A stretch of DNA of 21,470 bases from Verrucomicrobiota bacterium (GCA_038214755.1 JBBQRQ010000085.1:1-21470), one strand, 5' to 3'; numbered from the stretch's first letter, positions 1 through 9,598 are shown. The notes: generated from the sequence alone by a model not told the origin. Translations and numbers: made by a program.

Positions 1-118
1 GTGAATTGGGCTCGAACCCAGGTTCCGAGTTGATTTCGGTCGATCTCCGAGAGTTGAACCGCCGCCGCCATTTTCGCCATGAATCCAATTTTGCACGGAA
101 AACCCAATATGTCTAGCT

Positions 119-290
119 AATTACGGGACACTAGACTAGCCTGCATATTTCACACGCCCCATGAAATGCCAACTGACCGGAGCGCAGAGCATTGCTCTGC
201 GCGATGATCTGTCCAGTTTCGCGCAGAGCAATGCTCTGCGCTCCATTGTTTGCAGTGTGAAATATGTGAGCTAGGACGTGTCCCATAATT
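119..290. repeat. Three-layer nested inverted repeat (MITE-like shells around a REP doublet)
   Basis: Outer arms aattacgggacac 119-131 / gtgtcccataatt 278-290 (1 mismatch). Middle arms ctagcctgcatatttcacac 136-155 / gtgtgaaatatgtgagctag 255-274 (17/20). Inner perfect 26-bp arms 179-204 / 219-244. Confidence 0.85.
179..244. repeat. GGAG-tagged REP-like doublet
   Basis: ggagcgcagagcattgctctgcgcga and its exact reverse complement; each arm is itself a hairpin. Confidence 0.85.
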
Positions 291-331
291 TTCTAAATTT
301 AAATTTCTTGAGCAGCGAACCGGTTGCCAGA

Positions 332-398
332 CTATTTCAACGATTGCAGATACGCGATCAAATCGCTCAACTCCCGCGAATCCAAATTAGCCTCCAAA
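332..398 (-). pseudogene. Duplicated 3' end (last ~21 codons plus stop) of the heme-c protein gene
   Basis: 62/67 nt identical to 543-609; encodes LEANLDSRELSDLIAYLQSLK* versus LDANLDSRELSDLIAYLQSLK*. Confidence 0.9.
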
Positions 399-402
399 AC
401 CC

Positions 403-533
403 CGTAGGGCAGGCTTCCCAGCCTGCCAGTGCCGGGGACTTTCCAGTCCCTCGGAAAGGCGCGTAAACTAATCCCGCCATCGTAACGAAACTGGAAAGTT
501 TCGTCACCGGCAGGCTCGAAAGCCTGCCCTACG
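403..533. repeat. GTAG-type REP doublet (REPIN-like), family A
   Basis: cgtagggcaggcttcccagcctgcc ... ggcaggctcgaaagcctgccctacg with internal hairpins (gggactttccagtccc; acgaaactggaaagtttcgt). A related copy lies at 6734-6857. Confidence 0.9.
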
Positions 534-542
534 TGCAACTCC

Positions 543-3500
543 CTATTTCAACGATTGCAGATACGCGATCAAATCGCTCAGTTCCCGCGAATCCAGATTG
601 GCGTCCAAACCTTGCGGCATGACGGACAAACTCGATTCGCGCATGTTTTTAATTTTCTTCGTTTCGACGCGGATTTCGGCGAGGTCGGTTCCGCGAATCC
701 AAACTGCTTCGGGCGTTTCGCGAATAATAATTCCGGTGTAGTCGTCGCCGTCGGTCGTTTCGAGATTGAAGGTGTGATAACCCTGCACGATGCTCGAACT
801 CGGAAAGACCACCGACTCCAGCAAATCGTGCCCGGTGCGAATGCCGCCGATTTTGGATAAATTCGGGCCGACCATTCCGCCCTGTCCGCTGATGCGATGG
901 CACGTGAAACAACTCGCTTTTTTTCCGAAGAAAACTTCTTTGCCGTGCTTGAAATCACCTTCCGAAATTTTCGCAGACAATTCGCTGAGATGTTGTTTTT
1001 GCTTTTCCAGATCAGCGCCCAATTTCGTTAAAAGCGGTTTGGCTTTTTCCTGCACGGCTATGGAATAATTTGAAACAAGACGCGCCACTTCCGCCGCTCC
1101 GAGGTTTTGCGCGGATGGGGCTTTCTCCAGTCCGGCCACCAACGCCAAACCGGCGGGGTCATTTGTTTTGCGGTTGAACGAACGCAACACGGTGGGCAAA
1201 GCGAGCGAATCAACTTCCGGCAAAAATTCGGCCAGACGAAGGATTTGTTCATCCGACAATTGCAGAGACGAAATGGTTCGCGCGCCGGCCAGACGCAACA
1301 CCGGCGAGCTTTGCGGACGCAAACTTTCTTTCAACAAATTGACGTGCGGCTCCGCGACATTTTGCAAACGCGGAGCGAGCGCGGCCAATGCGGCGATGCG
1401 AAGTTCGGAGGAAAGCGACGAGTCATTCGCAAGTTGTTGTAGGGGCTCGTCGAGCTTTTTGATGCCGCGCTGTTGCACGACTTCAATGGCCTGCAAACGC
1501 AATTTGGCGGAACCGCGCCGCAAAACTTTTCCGACGCTCGTGACCCAACTTCCGGGAAGTTCCTTTTGCGCCGATTTCGCGACCACTTCCAGCAGCAACG
1601 GTTGAACGGGAGAACTGGCTGCGTCTGATAATTTTGCCGCAACCAAAAGCTCGATCTCAGGTTCCAATGATTTTCCAGTGAGCGCGGTCTGAATAAATTG
1701 ATTTTGTTCTTCGAAAAGTTTCGGGTGGTCGAGCCACGATTTCAGAGTCTGAACCATTTCGGTGGTTAAATCTTTTCGTCGGCCCGCGATAGTGAAAGCG
1801 GTTTTCTGCACGTCGAAATTCTGCGCTTGCAGCAGCGGAAGAATTTCTTCGCGGCTCAATTCAGAACCGGGCATTTGCTCCAGCGCAATCAATGCGCCTC
1901 GCTGCCCCGATGCGCTCGGTGCGGCCAGTCCGCGTTTGGTGGCGACGGGATCGTTGATTTGGATCAGCGCGAAAATAATCGCGTGCGTGAGGAACGCATC
2001 GTTCTTGCCATCGAGAGCAACCAGCAAAGAAGGAACGGATTTCGGACTTCCAATTCTACCGAGAGCGGCGGCGGCTTCCCGCCGAATCGCGGCTTCAGAA
2101 TCGCGCGAAACAATGGACTGCAAAATGTCCGCCGCATTTTTGTCGCGATTGGAGCCAACAGCGTAAACGGCGGATTGACGCACACTGCTATTCGTGTCGT
2201 TCAAAGCAAGACGAAGAATTTTTTGCGCGGCATCGGATTGCACGCGCGACAAAGCCCAAACGGCATTTCGTCGCGCATCCACGCTTTCGTTTTTTTGAAG
2301 AACCGACTGCAGAGATGGCAACGAATTTTTTCCTTTTTGCGCAAGCTCAACCACGGCGCGATCGGCCACAGCAGGACGGGAATCCGCCAGCAATTTGCTC
2401 ATCGCATCACTGCTCATTTTTGCCCAATCGAGTTTCAAGCCGCGTGGATCGTTGGCAGCGACTGCGCCTTTTTTGCGAATGCGATAAATTGCGCCTTTCA
2501 CTTCGGGCTTGGCAATTTGCGACGTCGGGCAGCCGTGGCGAAACCAACCGCCGGTATTGATGATGAGCAAACTTCCATCGGCGTCTTCGATTACGTCGGT
2601 GGCGTGAAAGTCGATGTCTTCGGCGGTGAGAAACGGTTCGGTCTCGGCGCGAAATGTCGCGCCGTGTCGAATCAGTTTGGCGCGGATGACCTGGTGCGTG
2701 TTGAACTCGGCGAAAAAGATGTTGCCCTTGAAATCATTTCCAAATTGAGAACCGCGATAATACGAAATGCCGGCGGGCGCAACTTGTCCGAGGTGAATGA
2801 GCGGCGGCAAGTGATCGCCGGTTCTCGCTAGCGAAACAGGATCGTTGGGATTCAAATTGTAAATGCCGCCGTAAATCCAGTGCATGAAACCATCGCGGCG
2901 TTGGCCGTCGATTTTATTCAAAATGGCGACTGTTCCAAAAACTTCGCCTTCGGGACTGAACGTGACTTCCACGGGATTCGCCAATCCGCCCAGGGAAAAA
3001 ATCTCATGATTCGAGCCGTCGTCATGCAGAGTAAAAACGCCGGGCGCTCTCCGTCCCTTTTTGAGTTCCGAATCTTTGTCGAGAAGGTCGTAGCCGCTTT
3101 GTCCGCCGCACCAAAAAAGTTTTCCGGTTGGATCGAGCACAGGGCCGTGCAACGAAGCCGACATGCCGTTGGAATGAACTTTGCCCGCGATGTGCTCGCG
3201 TTTGTCAGCGACGCCATCGCCGTCGGTATCGGTGAAGCGCCAGATGCCCGGCGGCTCGGCGACGTAGAGTGAACCGTGATGCCAGAGCGCGCCGTTCGGA
3301 ATGACCAGCTTGTCCGCGAAGATGGTGCTCTTGTCGAATTTCCCATCGCCATCGGTGTCCTCGATCATGCGGATAAAATTGGGGCGCAAGATTTGCAACA
3401 CTTCATCGTTCGCATTGGTGCCGCCGGCTTCGGCGATAAACAAGCGCCCGCGTTCATCAAAGCAACCCATCATCGGAAATCCAACCAGCGGCGGCGCGGC

Positions 3501-3614
3501 GACGACTTCGATTTCAAACCCTTCGGAAATGGTGATGTGCGAAGTGAGCGATGACTCGGCAGCGATCAGACGAAGACAGGAAAGAAATAGGATGGCGGCA
3601 GTGGTGGTTTTCAT
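543..3614 (-). CDS. PVC-type membrane-bound dehydrogenase-like protein: beta-propeller, HEAT repeats and C-terminal cytochrome c
   Basis: Signal peptide MKTTTAAILFLSCLRLIAA. N-terminal EGFEIEVVAAPP..FDERGRLFIAE..EDTDGDGKFDKSTIFAD. HEAT repeats (RRNAVWALSR, RREAAAALGRIG). CFTCH..GPNLSKIG..SVMPQGL heme domain. Start set at ATG 3614, overlapping the sulfatase stop (ATGA). Confidence 0.92.
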   Translation of the reverse strand: MKTTTAAILFLSCLRLIAAESSLTSHITISEGFEIEVVAAPPLVGFPMMGCFDERGRLFIAEAGGTNANDEVLQILRPNFIRMIEDTDGDGKFDKSTIFADKLVIPNGALWHHGSLYVAEPPGIWRFTDTDGDGVADKREHIAGKVHSNGMSASLHGPVLDPTGKLFWCGGQSGYDLLDKDSELKKGRRAPGVFTLHDDGSNHEIFSLGGLANPVEVTFSPEGEVFGTVAILNKIDGQRRDGFMHWIYGGIYNLNPNDPVSLARTGDHLPPLIHLGQVAPAGISYYRGSQFGNDFKGNIFFAEFNTHQVIRAKLIRHGATFRAETEPFLTAEDIDFHATDVIEDADGSLLIINTGGWFRHGCPTSQIAKPEVKGAIYRIRKKGAVAANDPRGLKLDWAKMSSDAMSKLLADSRPAVADRAVVELAQKGKNSLPSLQSVLQKNESVDARRNAVWALSRVQSDAAQKILRLALNDTNSSVRQSAVYAVGSNRDKNAADILQSIVSRDSEAAIRREAAAALGRIGSPKSVPSLLVALDGKNDAFLTHAIIFALIQINDPVATKRGLAAPSASGQRGALIALEQMPGSELSREEILPLLQAQNFDVQKTAFTIAGRRKDLTTEMVQTLKSWLDHPKLFEEQNQFIQTALTGKSLEPEIELLVAAKLSDAASSPVQPLLLEVVAKSAQKELPGSWVTSVGKVLRRGSAKLRLQAIEVVQQRGIKKLDEPLQQLANDSSLSSELRIAALAALAPRLQNVAEPHVNLLKESLRPQSSPVLRLAGARTISSLQLSDEQILRLAEFLPEVDSLALPTVLRSFNRKTNDPAGLALVAGLEKAPSAQNLGAAEVARLVSNYSIAVQEKAKPLLTKLGADLEKQKQHLSELSAKISEGDFKHGKEVFFGKKASCFTCHRISGQGGMVGPNLSKIGGIRTGHDLLESVVFPSSSIVQGYHTFNLETTDGDDYTGIIIRETPEAVWIRGTDLAEIRVETKKIKNMRESSLSVMPQGLDANLDSRELSDLIAYLQSLK

Positions 3615-5032
3615 TCCGTCACCTTCAAAATATCCACGCCCTTCGTTGTGCCGCCTTTCCAAAGATCGTATTTCGGATCGATGTATTGGGCGAAAAAGGT
3701 CTTCAATTTTTTGTGCAATTCATTTCTCGCGGCGGAAAATTCCGCGACGTGAATCAGATTTTCCCGTTCGTCGGGATCCTTTTCCATGTTGTAAAATTCA
3801 TCGGGGCCGTAGGGATAACGAATCGTCAGCTTCCATTTTTCCGTGCGAATCATCCGCGCGTTGGCGAACTCATGATAGATCACGTTCTCCCATGGAATTT
3901 CCTTCCCATGGAGAACGGGCGCGAAGGTTTTGCCCGGCAAAATCGGCGCGGTCGGCGTCTGGTCTTTTAATCCCAGGTAATCGAGAACGGTCGGAAGAAA
4001 ATCGTGGTTCTCAACCATGACGTCCGAGATTTTCGCGGCGGCAATTTCGCCCGGTTGCCGAAAAATCAGCGGGATGCGAACGGTCGCTTCCTGCGTGTTG
4101 GCGGGGCGCGAATGGTCGCCCATTCCCCAATAACCGCCGTGACCCGCGTTCAATCCCTGGTCGGCGCTGAAAACCACGAGCGTATTTTTGTTCAATCCGA
4201 GTTCCTTCAATTTATCCATGACGCGCCCGACGCCGTCATCGACGCCGCTCACCGCCGCCGCATAGCTGCGCATGGATTTCACATTGTTCACAAATTGCCG
4301 CTGGCTTTTGAGCCACGGATTTACTTTTTCGCGCGGAAAGGAATCCATGTTTTTGTCGCGATAATATTCCGTGTGCCGATTCTGATGCTCCTCTTTGACG
4401 ACCCCGCCCAATCCGTATGGCCCGTTGTAAGCGAGATAGAGAAAAAACGGTTTGTTCGTGTTTTGTTGCCCCAGAAAATCGATGGCGTGATCGGTGATCG
4501 CTTCCGTCGTGTATTTCGGTTCCTTGTAAATTTTGCCCTGCCAAATCATGTCGTCGTTGTAGAACGTCGTGGTGTGCCCGCCTTTTTTTGTGAACCAATA
4601 AGTGAAGCCTTGATGCGGTTCGATGTTATCGCCGAGATGCCACTTGCCGGAGAGTCCGCAGGTGTAGCCCGATTCCGAAAGAATTTTCGGCAGCGTGCGA
4701 AACTCCTTGAGGGTGTCGTAAGATTTCGGGCCGATCTGCGCCGCGTCGGGAATATAAACGTGAACTCCATGTTGCGACGGAAGCAAGCCGGTGAGAAATG
4801 TGGCGCGACTCGGCGAGCAGACCGAGTTATTGCAATAAGCGCGCGTGAACAACATTCCCTCGGCGGCGATCTTGTCGATGTTCGGCGTGCGAATCTCTTT
4901 GTTGCCGTAACAACCGAGTGTCCACGCGCCGTGATTGTCGGTGAGAATAAAAATTAAATTTGGCTTTTTATCGGCGGCGAAACTTTGCCACGCGAAAAGG
5001 ATTCCGATGATTGCCCACAGTAATTTTTTCAT
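3611..5032 (-). CDS. Secreted formylglycine-dependent (S1) sulfatase
   Basis: Signal peptide, KPNLIFILTD, CSPSRATFLTG (CxPxR), GKWHLG, NTLVVFSADQG, DPDERENL. Confidence 0.95.
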   Translation of the reverse strand: MKKLLWAIIGILFAWQSFAADKKPNLIFILTDNHGAWTLGCYGNKEIRTPNIDKIAAEGMLFTRAYCNNSVCSPSRATFLTGLLPSQHGVHVYIPDAAQIGPKSYDTLKEFRTLPKILSESGYTCGLSGKWHLGDNIEPHQGFTYWFTKKGGHTTTFYNDDMIWQGKIYKEPKYTTEAITDHAIDFLGQQNTNKPFFLYLAYNGPYGLGGVVKEEHQNRHTEYYRDKNMDSFPREKVNPWLKSQRQFVNNVKSMRSYAAAVSGVDDGVGRVMDKLKELGLNKNTLVVFSADQGLNAGHGGYWGMGDHSRPANTQEATVRIPLIFRQPGEIAAAKISDVMVENHDFLPTVLDYLGLKDQTPTAPILPGKTFAPVLHGKEIPWENVIYHEFANARMIRTEKWKLTIRYPYGPDEFYNMEKDPDERENLIHVAEFSAARNELHKKLKTFFAQYIDPKYDLWKGGTTKGVDILKVTE

Positions 5033-5070
5033 TAAGAAATTTTTTCGAGCTGTTTTTTATTTCGCTCAAC

Positions 5071-5151
5071 CGTCCCTTCGGGACTCGGATATTCTTCACC
5101 ACATTCCCGGCGTTGAAACGCCGGGCTATTTTCATCATGTCCCTTCGGGAC
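5071..5151. repeat. Tripartite hairpin repeat element
   Basis: gtcccttcgggac occurs at 5072-5084 and 5139-5151, flanking the hairpin cccggcgttgaaacgccggg at 5106-5125. Confidence 0.8.
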
Positions 5152-5220
5152 AAAAGTTATTGTGTTTTTAAACTGCATCATCGTCAGGACGGGTTTCATG
5201 TTGGTTTCGTTGCAATTATT

Positions 5221-6681
5221 TTAGGTGAGAATGTTTTTCACAACCTGCCCGTGCACATCCGTGAGGCGGAAATGGCGGCCCTGGAATTTAAAAGTCAGTT
5301 GCGTGTGGTCGATTCCCAACTGGCGCAAAATCGTCGCCTGCAAGTCATGCACATGCACCGGGTCGCGCACGACGTTGTGCGCGTAATCGTCCGTCTCGCC
5401 AAACGAGATTCCGGGTTTGATTCCGCCACCCGCCATCCAAAGCGAAAAGCAGCGCGGATGATGATCGCGGCCAAATTCCTTCGCGGTCGGGTCGCCCTGG
5501 CAAAAAGGCGTGCGGCCAAATTCACCGCCCCAGATGACAAGCGTGTCTTCGAGCAAGCCGCGCTGTTTCAAATCTTTCACCAATGCGGCGGAAGGCTGGT
5601 CGGTGTCGTTGCACTGAATTTTTAATTGCGTCGGCAGGTTTTTATGTTGATCCCAACCGGCATGCATCAGTTGGACAAAGCGGACTCCTTTCTCCGCCAG
5701 CCGCCGCGCGAGAATGCAATTGCGCGCGAACGAACCGGGCCGTTTTGAATCCGGTCCATACATTGCAAACGTGCTTTCCGGTTCGGTGGACAAATCACTC
5801 AACTCAGGAACCGACGCCTGCATCCGATACGCCATTTCATATTGCGAAATGCGTGTGGCGATTTCCGGGTCGCCCATTTCTTTTTGTTTGATTTCGTTCA
5901 ACTCCGACAAGTCGTCGAGAAGGTGACGGCGCATCGAGTCGCTCATGCCTGGCGGATTTGAAAGATAAAGGACCGGATCGCCTTCGCCGCGAAATTTCAC
6001 GCCTTGATATTTCGACGGCAAAAATCCGCTGCCCCAATAGTAGTCGTAAAAAATCTGACCGCACGACGCCTCTTTATCGCGCGATGTCATCACGACGAAC
6101 GACGGCAGATTTTGATTCGCGCTGCCGAGTCCGTAGGTCAGCCACGAACCCATGCTGGGACGCCCGGGCATTTCCGAACCAGTGAGAAAAAAGGTGACGG
6201 CGGGAGCGTGATTGATCGCCTCGGTGAACATCGATTTGACGAGGCAAATATCATCTACAATCGAGCCGGTGTGCGGAAGGAAATCCGAAATCCATGTCCC
6301 ATTTTTTCCACGCTGAGAAAACTTCGTGATGGAGGGGAGCACCCCTTTCTTCATTTGGCCCGCCGTCATCGTCGTGAGGCGTTGCCCCGTCGTAATCGAT
6401 TCGGGAATTTCCTCGCCCGCGCGTTTCACCAGACCCGGTTTGTAATCGAACAAATCCAGATGGGACGGCGCGCCGGATTGCATCAGGTAAATAATGCGTT
6501 TGGCTTTCGCCGGAAACTGCGGAAAACCCGGCAGCGGGATTGTCTCGTTTCGTCCCGCGATTGAGCCGAATAAATCCTGGTTCATCAACGTCGCGAGCGC
6601 GGCCGCGCCAATCCCCATCGCGCTGCGGCCGAAAAATTGGCGGCGCGTCATCAACCATTTTTGTTCATCCTGCGGATTCAT
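5221..6681 (-). CDS. DUF1501 domain protein, Tat-exported
   Basis: TRRQFFG twin-arginine motif; AKAKRIIYLMQSGAPSHLDLFDYKP, ARRLAEKGVRFVQL, GWDQH, GEFGRTP, GRDHHP, WMAGGGIKPG, RLTDVHG. Confidence 0.93.
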   Translation of the reverse strand: MNPQDEQKWLMTRRQFFGRSAMGIGAAALATLMNQDLFGSIAGRNETIPLPGFPQFPAKAKRIIYLMQSGAPSHLDLFDYKPGLVKRAGEEIPESITTGQRLTTMTAGQMKKGVLPSITKFSQRGKNGTWISDFLPHTGSIVDDICLVKSMFTEAINHAPAVTFFLTGSEMPGRPSMGSWLTYGLGSANQNLPSFVVMTSRDKEASCGQIFYDYYWGSGFLPSKYQGVKFRGEGDPVLYLSNPPGMSDSMRRHLLDDLSELNEIKQKEMGDPEIATRISQYEMAYRMQASVPELSDLSTEPESTFAMYGPDSKRPGSFARNCILARRLAEKGVRFVQLMHAGWDQHKNLPTQLKIQCNDTDQPSAALVKDLKQRGLLEDTLVIWGGEFGRTPFCQGDPTAKEFGRDHHPRCFSLWMAGGGIKPGISFGETDDYAHNVVRDPVHVHDLQATILRQLGIDHTQLTFKFQGRHFRLTDVHGQVVKNILT

Positions 6682-6685
6682 TTTT

Positions 6686-6894
6686 ATTTACGATTTATGA
6701 TTTACGATTTACGAGGACGCGCGCCGCTTTCAGCGTAGGGCAGACATTCCTGTCTGCCAGTGCGCGGTTCTTTCCAGCACCGCGTTCCCGCTTCGAGCTT
6801 GTGCAACGAGCGACTGGAAAGTCGCCCGCACCGGCAGGCTGGAAAGCCTGCCCTACGATCAAGCGGCACGCCGTCCACGTCGCAAATCATAAAT
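6686..6894. repeat. Heptamer-bounded palindrome containing a family A REP doublet
   Basis: ATTTAYG x4 at 6686-6713 and inverted cgcaaat-cataaat at 6881-6894. Intermediate arms ggacgcgcgccgctt / aagcggcacgccgtcc. Central cgtagggcag...ctgccctacg at 6734-6857. Confidence 0.85.
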
Positions 6895-6897
6895 TTC

Positions 6898-9456
6898 TTA
6901 TTCCTTGTTCAACACTTCATCCAAATTCAAAATCAGATTCGCGACGCCGGTGTAGGCCGCCAGTTGCACGACATCCAACTTCGGATCGCGCGGTTTTTCT
7001 CCAACGCTGACCAACTTCAACGCCGCTTCTTTGTCGTTTTGAAACTCCGAAGTGAGCCGTGAAAAACTTTTTTTCAGGATGTCCAGTTCGGAAGCTTTGG
7101 GCGAACGGGCCGTCGCCAAACGAAACGCGCGTTTGATGCGTTCGTCCGGCTTTGCGGCTCCATTTTCCAACATCACACGCTCGGCGAAAACGCGTGCCGC
7201 CTCGACGTAGGCCGTCTCATTTAACGTCAACAGAGAATGCAACGGCGTGTCCGTGCGCGGAAGCCGGATGGTGCAAAGCTGTCGCGCCGACGTATCGAAA
7301 AACATGGTCGGCCCAACCGTGCGCCGCCAAAAAATGTAAAGGCTTCTGCGATATAAATCCTTTCCGCTGTCCTGCTGATATTTAATTTTGCCAAAGGTCA
7401 TGTCCTCCCAGATGCCGGCGGGTTGATAAGGTTTGACCGGAGGGCCGCCGATCTTTTCGTAAAGCAAACCGCTGATGGCCAGCGCCTGATCGCGCAGAAT
7501 CGTCGAAGGAAGACGGAACCGCGCGCCGCGAGCGAGCAAACGATTATCGGGATCGCGCTCGATCATTTCCGGCGTTGCTTTCGACGATTGCCGATAAGTC
7601 GCGCTCATCACGATCAACTTGTGCATTGCTTTTACATTCCAACCGCTGCAAACGAATTCCGTCGCGAGCCAATCGAGCAAATCTTTGTGCATCGGCCATT
7701 CGCCTTGCTGGCCAAAATCCTCCGACGTTTTCACCAGACCGATTCCAAAAAACTGTTGCCAATAACGATTCATCGCCACGCGCGCGGTCAATGGATTCTT
7801 CGCGTCCACCAGCCACCGCGCAAAATCGAGACGATTCGTGGGAACGCTTTTCGAAAATGAATTCAACGACGCGGGCACGCCGGAAGTTACTTTTTCTCCC
7901 GGTTTATCGTAGGAGCCGCGCACCAGAATAAACGTGTCCCGCGGTTTTTCGCGCTCGTCCATCACCATCGTTTTGAGAACAGCCTTTTCCGCTTTCTTCA
8001 ATGCGGCGCGCGCCTTCTCCAGTTTCTTTTTTGATTCCGTATCGCCGTCCGCCGTTATGTGAGAAGGCGGATTTTGCCCAGAGGGCCGCGGGATGGTCCG
8101 CCTCGCTACGACGTCGGAACGCCGATCTCCCGATCGGCCCGTGGCCAGCAGAGTTTCTTCCGAGCCGATCTGGAGATCGGCGCTCCCATCGCGCCGTGCT
8201 TGTGCGGCCAGATTGGTTTTTTCTTGTTCCTGTTTTTCTTCTTTTTCCAGCGCGGCAATCGTTTGCTTCAACGTTTCAATTTCTTTTTTCTGCGCTTTCG
8301 TCGGCAATTGCAAAACCGGATTGGCCATTCCTTCGTTATCGACTCCGCCGGTTTCCGACACGTTATTGAAGAAGGAAAAAACCTGGTAATATTCCTTCTG
8401 CGTGAACGGATCGTATTTGTGATCGTGACAACGCGCGCAGGCGAGCGTCACGCCCAGCCAAACCGACGACGTCGTATCCACCCGATCCAAAACATAATCG
8501 ACGCGCGACTCTTCCTGGATGCGACCGCCTTCGCCATTGAGCATGTGATTGCGATTGAAGCCGGTCGCAATTTTCTGTTCGACGGTCGCATTGGGCAACA
8601 GATCGCCCGCGAGTTGTTCAATCGTGAATTGATCGAACGGCATATTTTGATTGAGCGCATTGATGACCCAATCGCGCCACGGCCACATCGTTCGCGTGCG
8701 GTCGCCCTGATAGCCGTTGGAATCGGCGTAGCGCGCCAGGTCGAGCCATTCGAGCACCATCCGCTCGCCGTAACGCGGCGAGGCCAGCAAGCGGTCCACA
8801 ATTTTTTCGTAGGCGTTCGATGACTTGTCGTTCAGGAAATTTTCGACTTCTTCGGGCGTGGGCGGAAGGCCGGTCAAATCGAGAGAGACGCGGCGGATCA
8901 ACGTTTCCTTCGCTGATTCCGGCGAAGGTCGCAAATCCTGGCTTTCAAGTTGCGCCAAAATGAAACGGTCGATTTCATTTTTCGGCCAGGCGCGATTTTT
9001 TACTTCGGGCAACGCGGTGGGTTCCGGCGTTTGGAAAGCCCAATGCGTTTCCCATTTCGCGCCTTGCTGGACCCATTGCGTCAACGTTTCAATTTCACGC
9101 TGGCTTAAGACACGCCCGGAATCGTGCGGCGGCATTTTGTCGTCTTCGTTTGAATTCGTAATCCGCGCGACGAGTTCGCTCGCTGCGGGTTTGCCGGGAA
9201 CAATCGCAATTTTTCCTGAGTCCAGTTTGGCCAAGGCGTCGTTCGGCCGGTCCAAACGCAAACCACCTTTGCGCTTGGCTTGATCCGGGCCGTGGCAATG
9301 AAAACATTTGTCGGAAAGAATAGGGCGAACGTCGCGATTAAAACGAACTTCCCTTTGTGCTTCGGCAGAAATGGCGGCAACAATACTGAGCATCGAGGTA
9401 CAGAGAATTCCCCGAAAAAATCCAGACTGATAACTGGCCGTTCGTCTCCTTTTCAA
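6898..9456 (-). CDS. PSD1 and planctomycete cytochrome c domain protein (PSCyt1-DUF1549-DUF1553)
   Basis: [86 protein letters not shown]. The TTG start is uncertain. Confidence 0.93.
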   Translation of the reverse strand: MKRRRTASYQSGFFRGILCTSMLSIVAAISAEAQREVRFNRDVRPILSDKCFHCHGPDQAKRKGGLRLDRPNDALAKLDSGKIAIVPGKPAASELVARITNSNEDDKMPPHDSGRVLSQREIETLTQWVQQGAKWETHWAFQTPEPTALPEVKNRAWPKNEIDRFILAQLESQDLRPSPESAKETLIRRVSLDLTGLPPTPEEVENFLNDKSSNAYEKIVDRLLASPRYGERMVLEWLDLARYADSNGYQGDRTRTMWPWRDWVINALNQNMPFDQFTIEQLAGDLLPNATVEQKIATGFNRNHMLNGEGGRIQEESRVDYVLDRVDTTSSVWLGVTLACARCHDHKYDPFTQKEYYQVFSFFNNVSETGGVDNEGMANPVLQLPTKAQKKEIETLKQTIAALEKEEKQEQEKTNLAAQARRDGSADLQIGSEETLLATGRSGDRRSDVVARRTIPRPSGQNPPSHITADGDTESKKKLEKARAALKKAEKAVLKTMVMDEREKPRDTFILVRGSYDKPGEKVTSGVPASLNSFSKSVPTNRLDFARWLVDAKNPLTARVAMNRYWQQFFGIGLVKTSEDFGQQGEWPMHKDLLDWLATEFVCSGWNVKAMHKLIVMSATYRQSSKATPEMIERDPDNRLLARGARFRLPSTILRDQALAISGLLYEKIGGPPVKPYQPAGIWEDMTFGKIKYQQDSGKDLYRRSLYIFWRRTVGPTMFFDTSARQLCTIRLPRTDTPLHSLLTLNETAYVEAARVFAERVMLENGAAKPDERIKRAFRLATARSPKASELDILKKSFSRLTSEFQNDKEAALKLVSVGEKPRDPKLDVVQLAAYTGVANLILNLDEVLNKE
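8116..8186. repeat. REP-like doublet in-frame within the PSD1 gene
   Basis: ggaacgccgatctcccgatcggc 8116-8138 and gccgatctggagatcggcgctcc 8164-8186 (21/23 inverted match); translated as GSADLQIG...GRSGDRRS. Confidence 0.85.
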
Positions 9457-9501
9457 AATTGTTAAATTATTTTAGTTCGCCCCGGACAGCGGAGAGAAAA
9501 G

Positions 9502-9598
9502 GGAAACCACAGATGGACACGGATGGACACAGATAAAAAATTCCAAACCGGCGCTGCGGTGCGGCAAATTCGTCGATCTGTGTTGATCTGTGGTTTCC
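9502..9598. repeat. Inverted decamer-repeat element
   Basis: ggaaaccacagatggacacggatggacacagat, with inverted atctgtgttgatctgtggtttcc at 9576-9598. Confidence 0.8.

Noticed and set aside
1..80. tRNA-like gggttcgagccc or a partial CDS starting at ATG 80 (minus strand)
   Set aside because: No cloverleaf can be built; several frames are open and the stretch is too short to call.
332..538. 68-aa ORF as a real gene
   Set aside because: It consists of REP sequence plus the duplicated gene end, has a TTG start, and is out of frame with the upstream gene.
332..609. Diversity-generating retroelement TR/VR pair
   Set aside because: Mismatches are not confined to coding-strand adenines, are mostly synonymous, and no reverse transcriptase is present.
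1827..2831. Long plus-strand ORFs (also 3301-4020, 4004-4957, 8059-8823, 19328-20068) and minus-strand 16597-17616
   Set aside because: They are antisense shadows of well-supported genes and have no recognisable motifs.
3615..3662. N-terminal extension MERRHNEGRGYFEGDG of the heme-c protein
   Set aside because: It overlaps the sulfatase; the ATGA-coupled start at 3614 gives a clean signal peptide.
6702..6890. Short ORFs in repeat-filled spacers (also 4968-5153, 9472-9871, 15067-15342)
   Set aside because: They are largely translations of palindromic repeats with no coding evidence.
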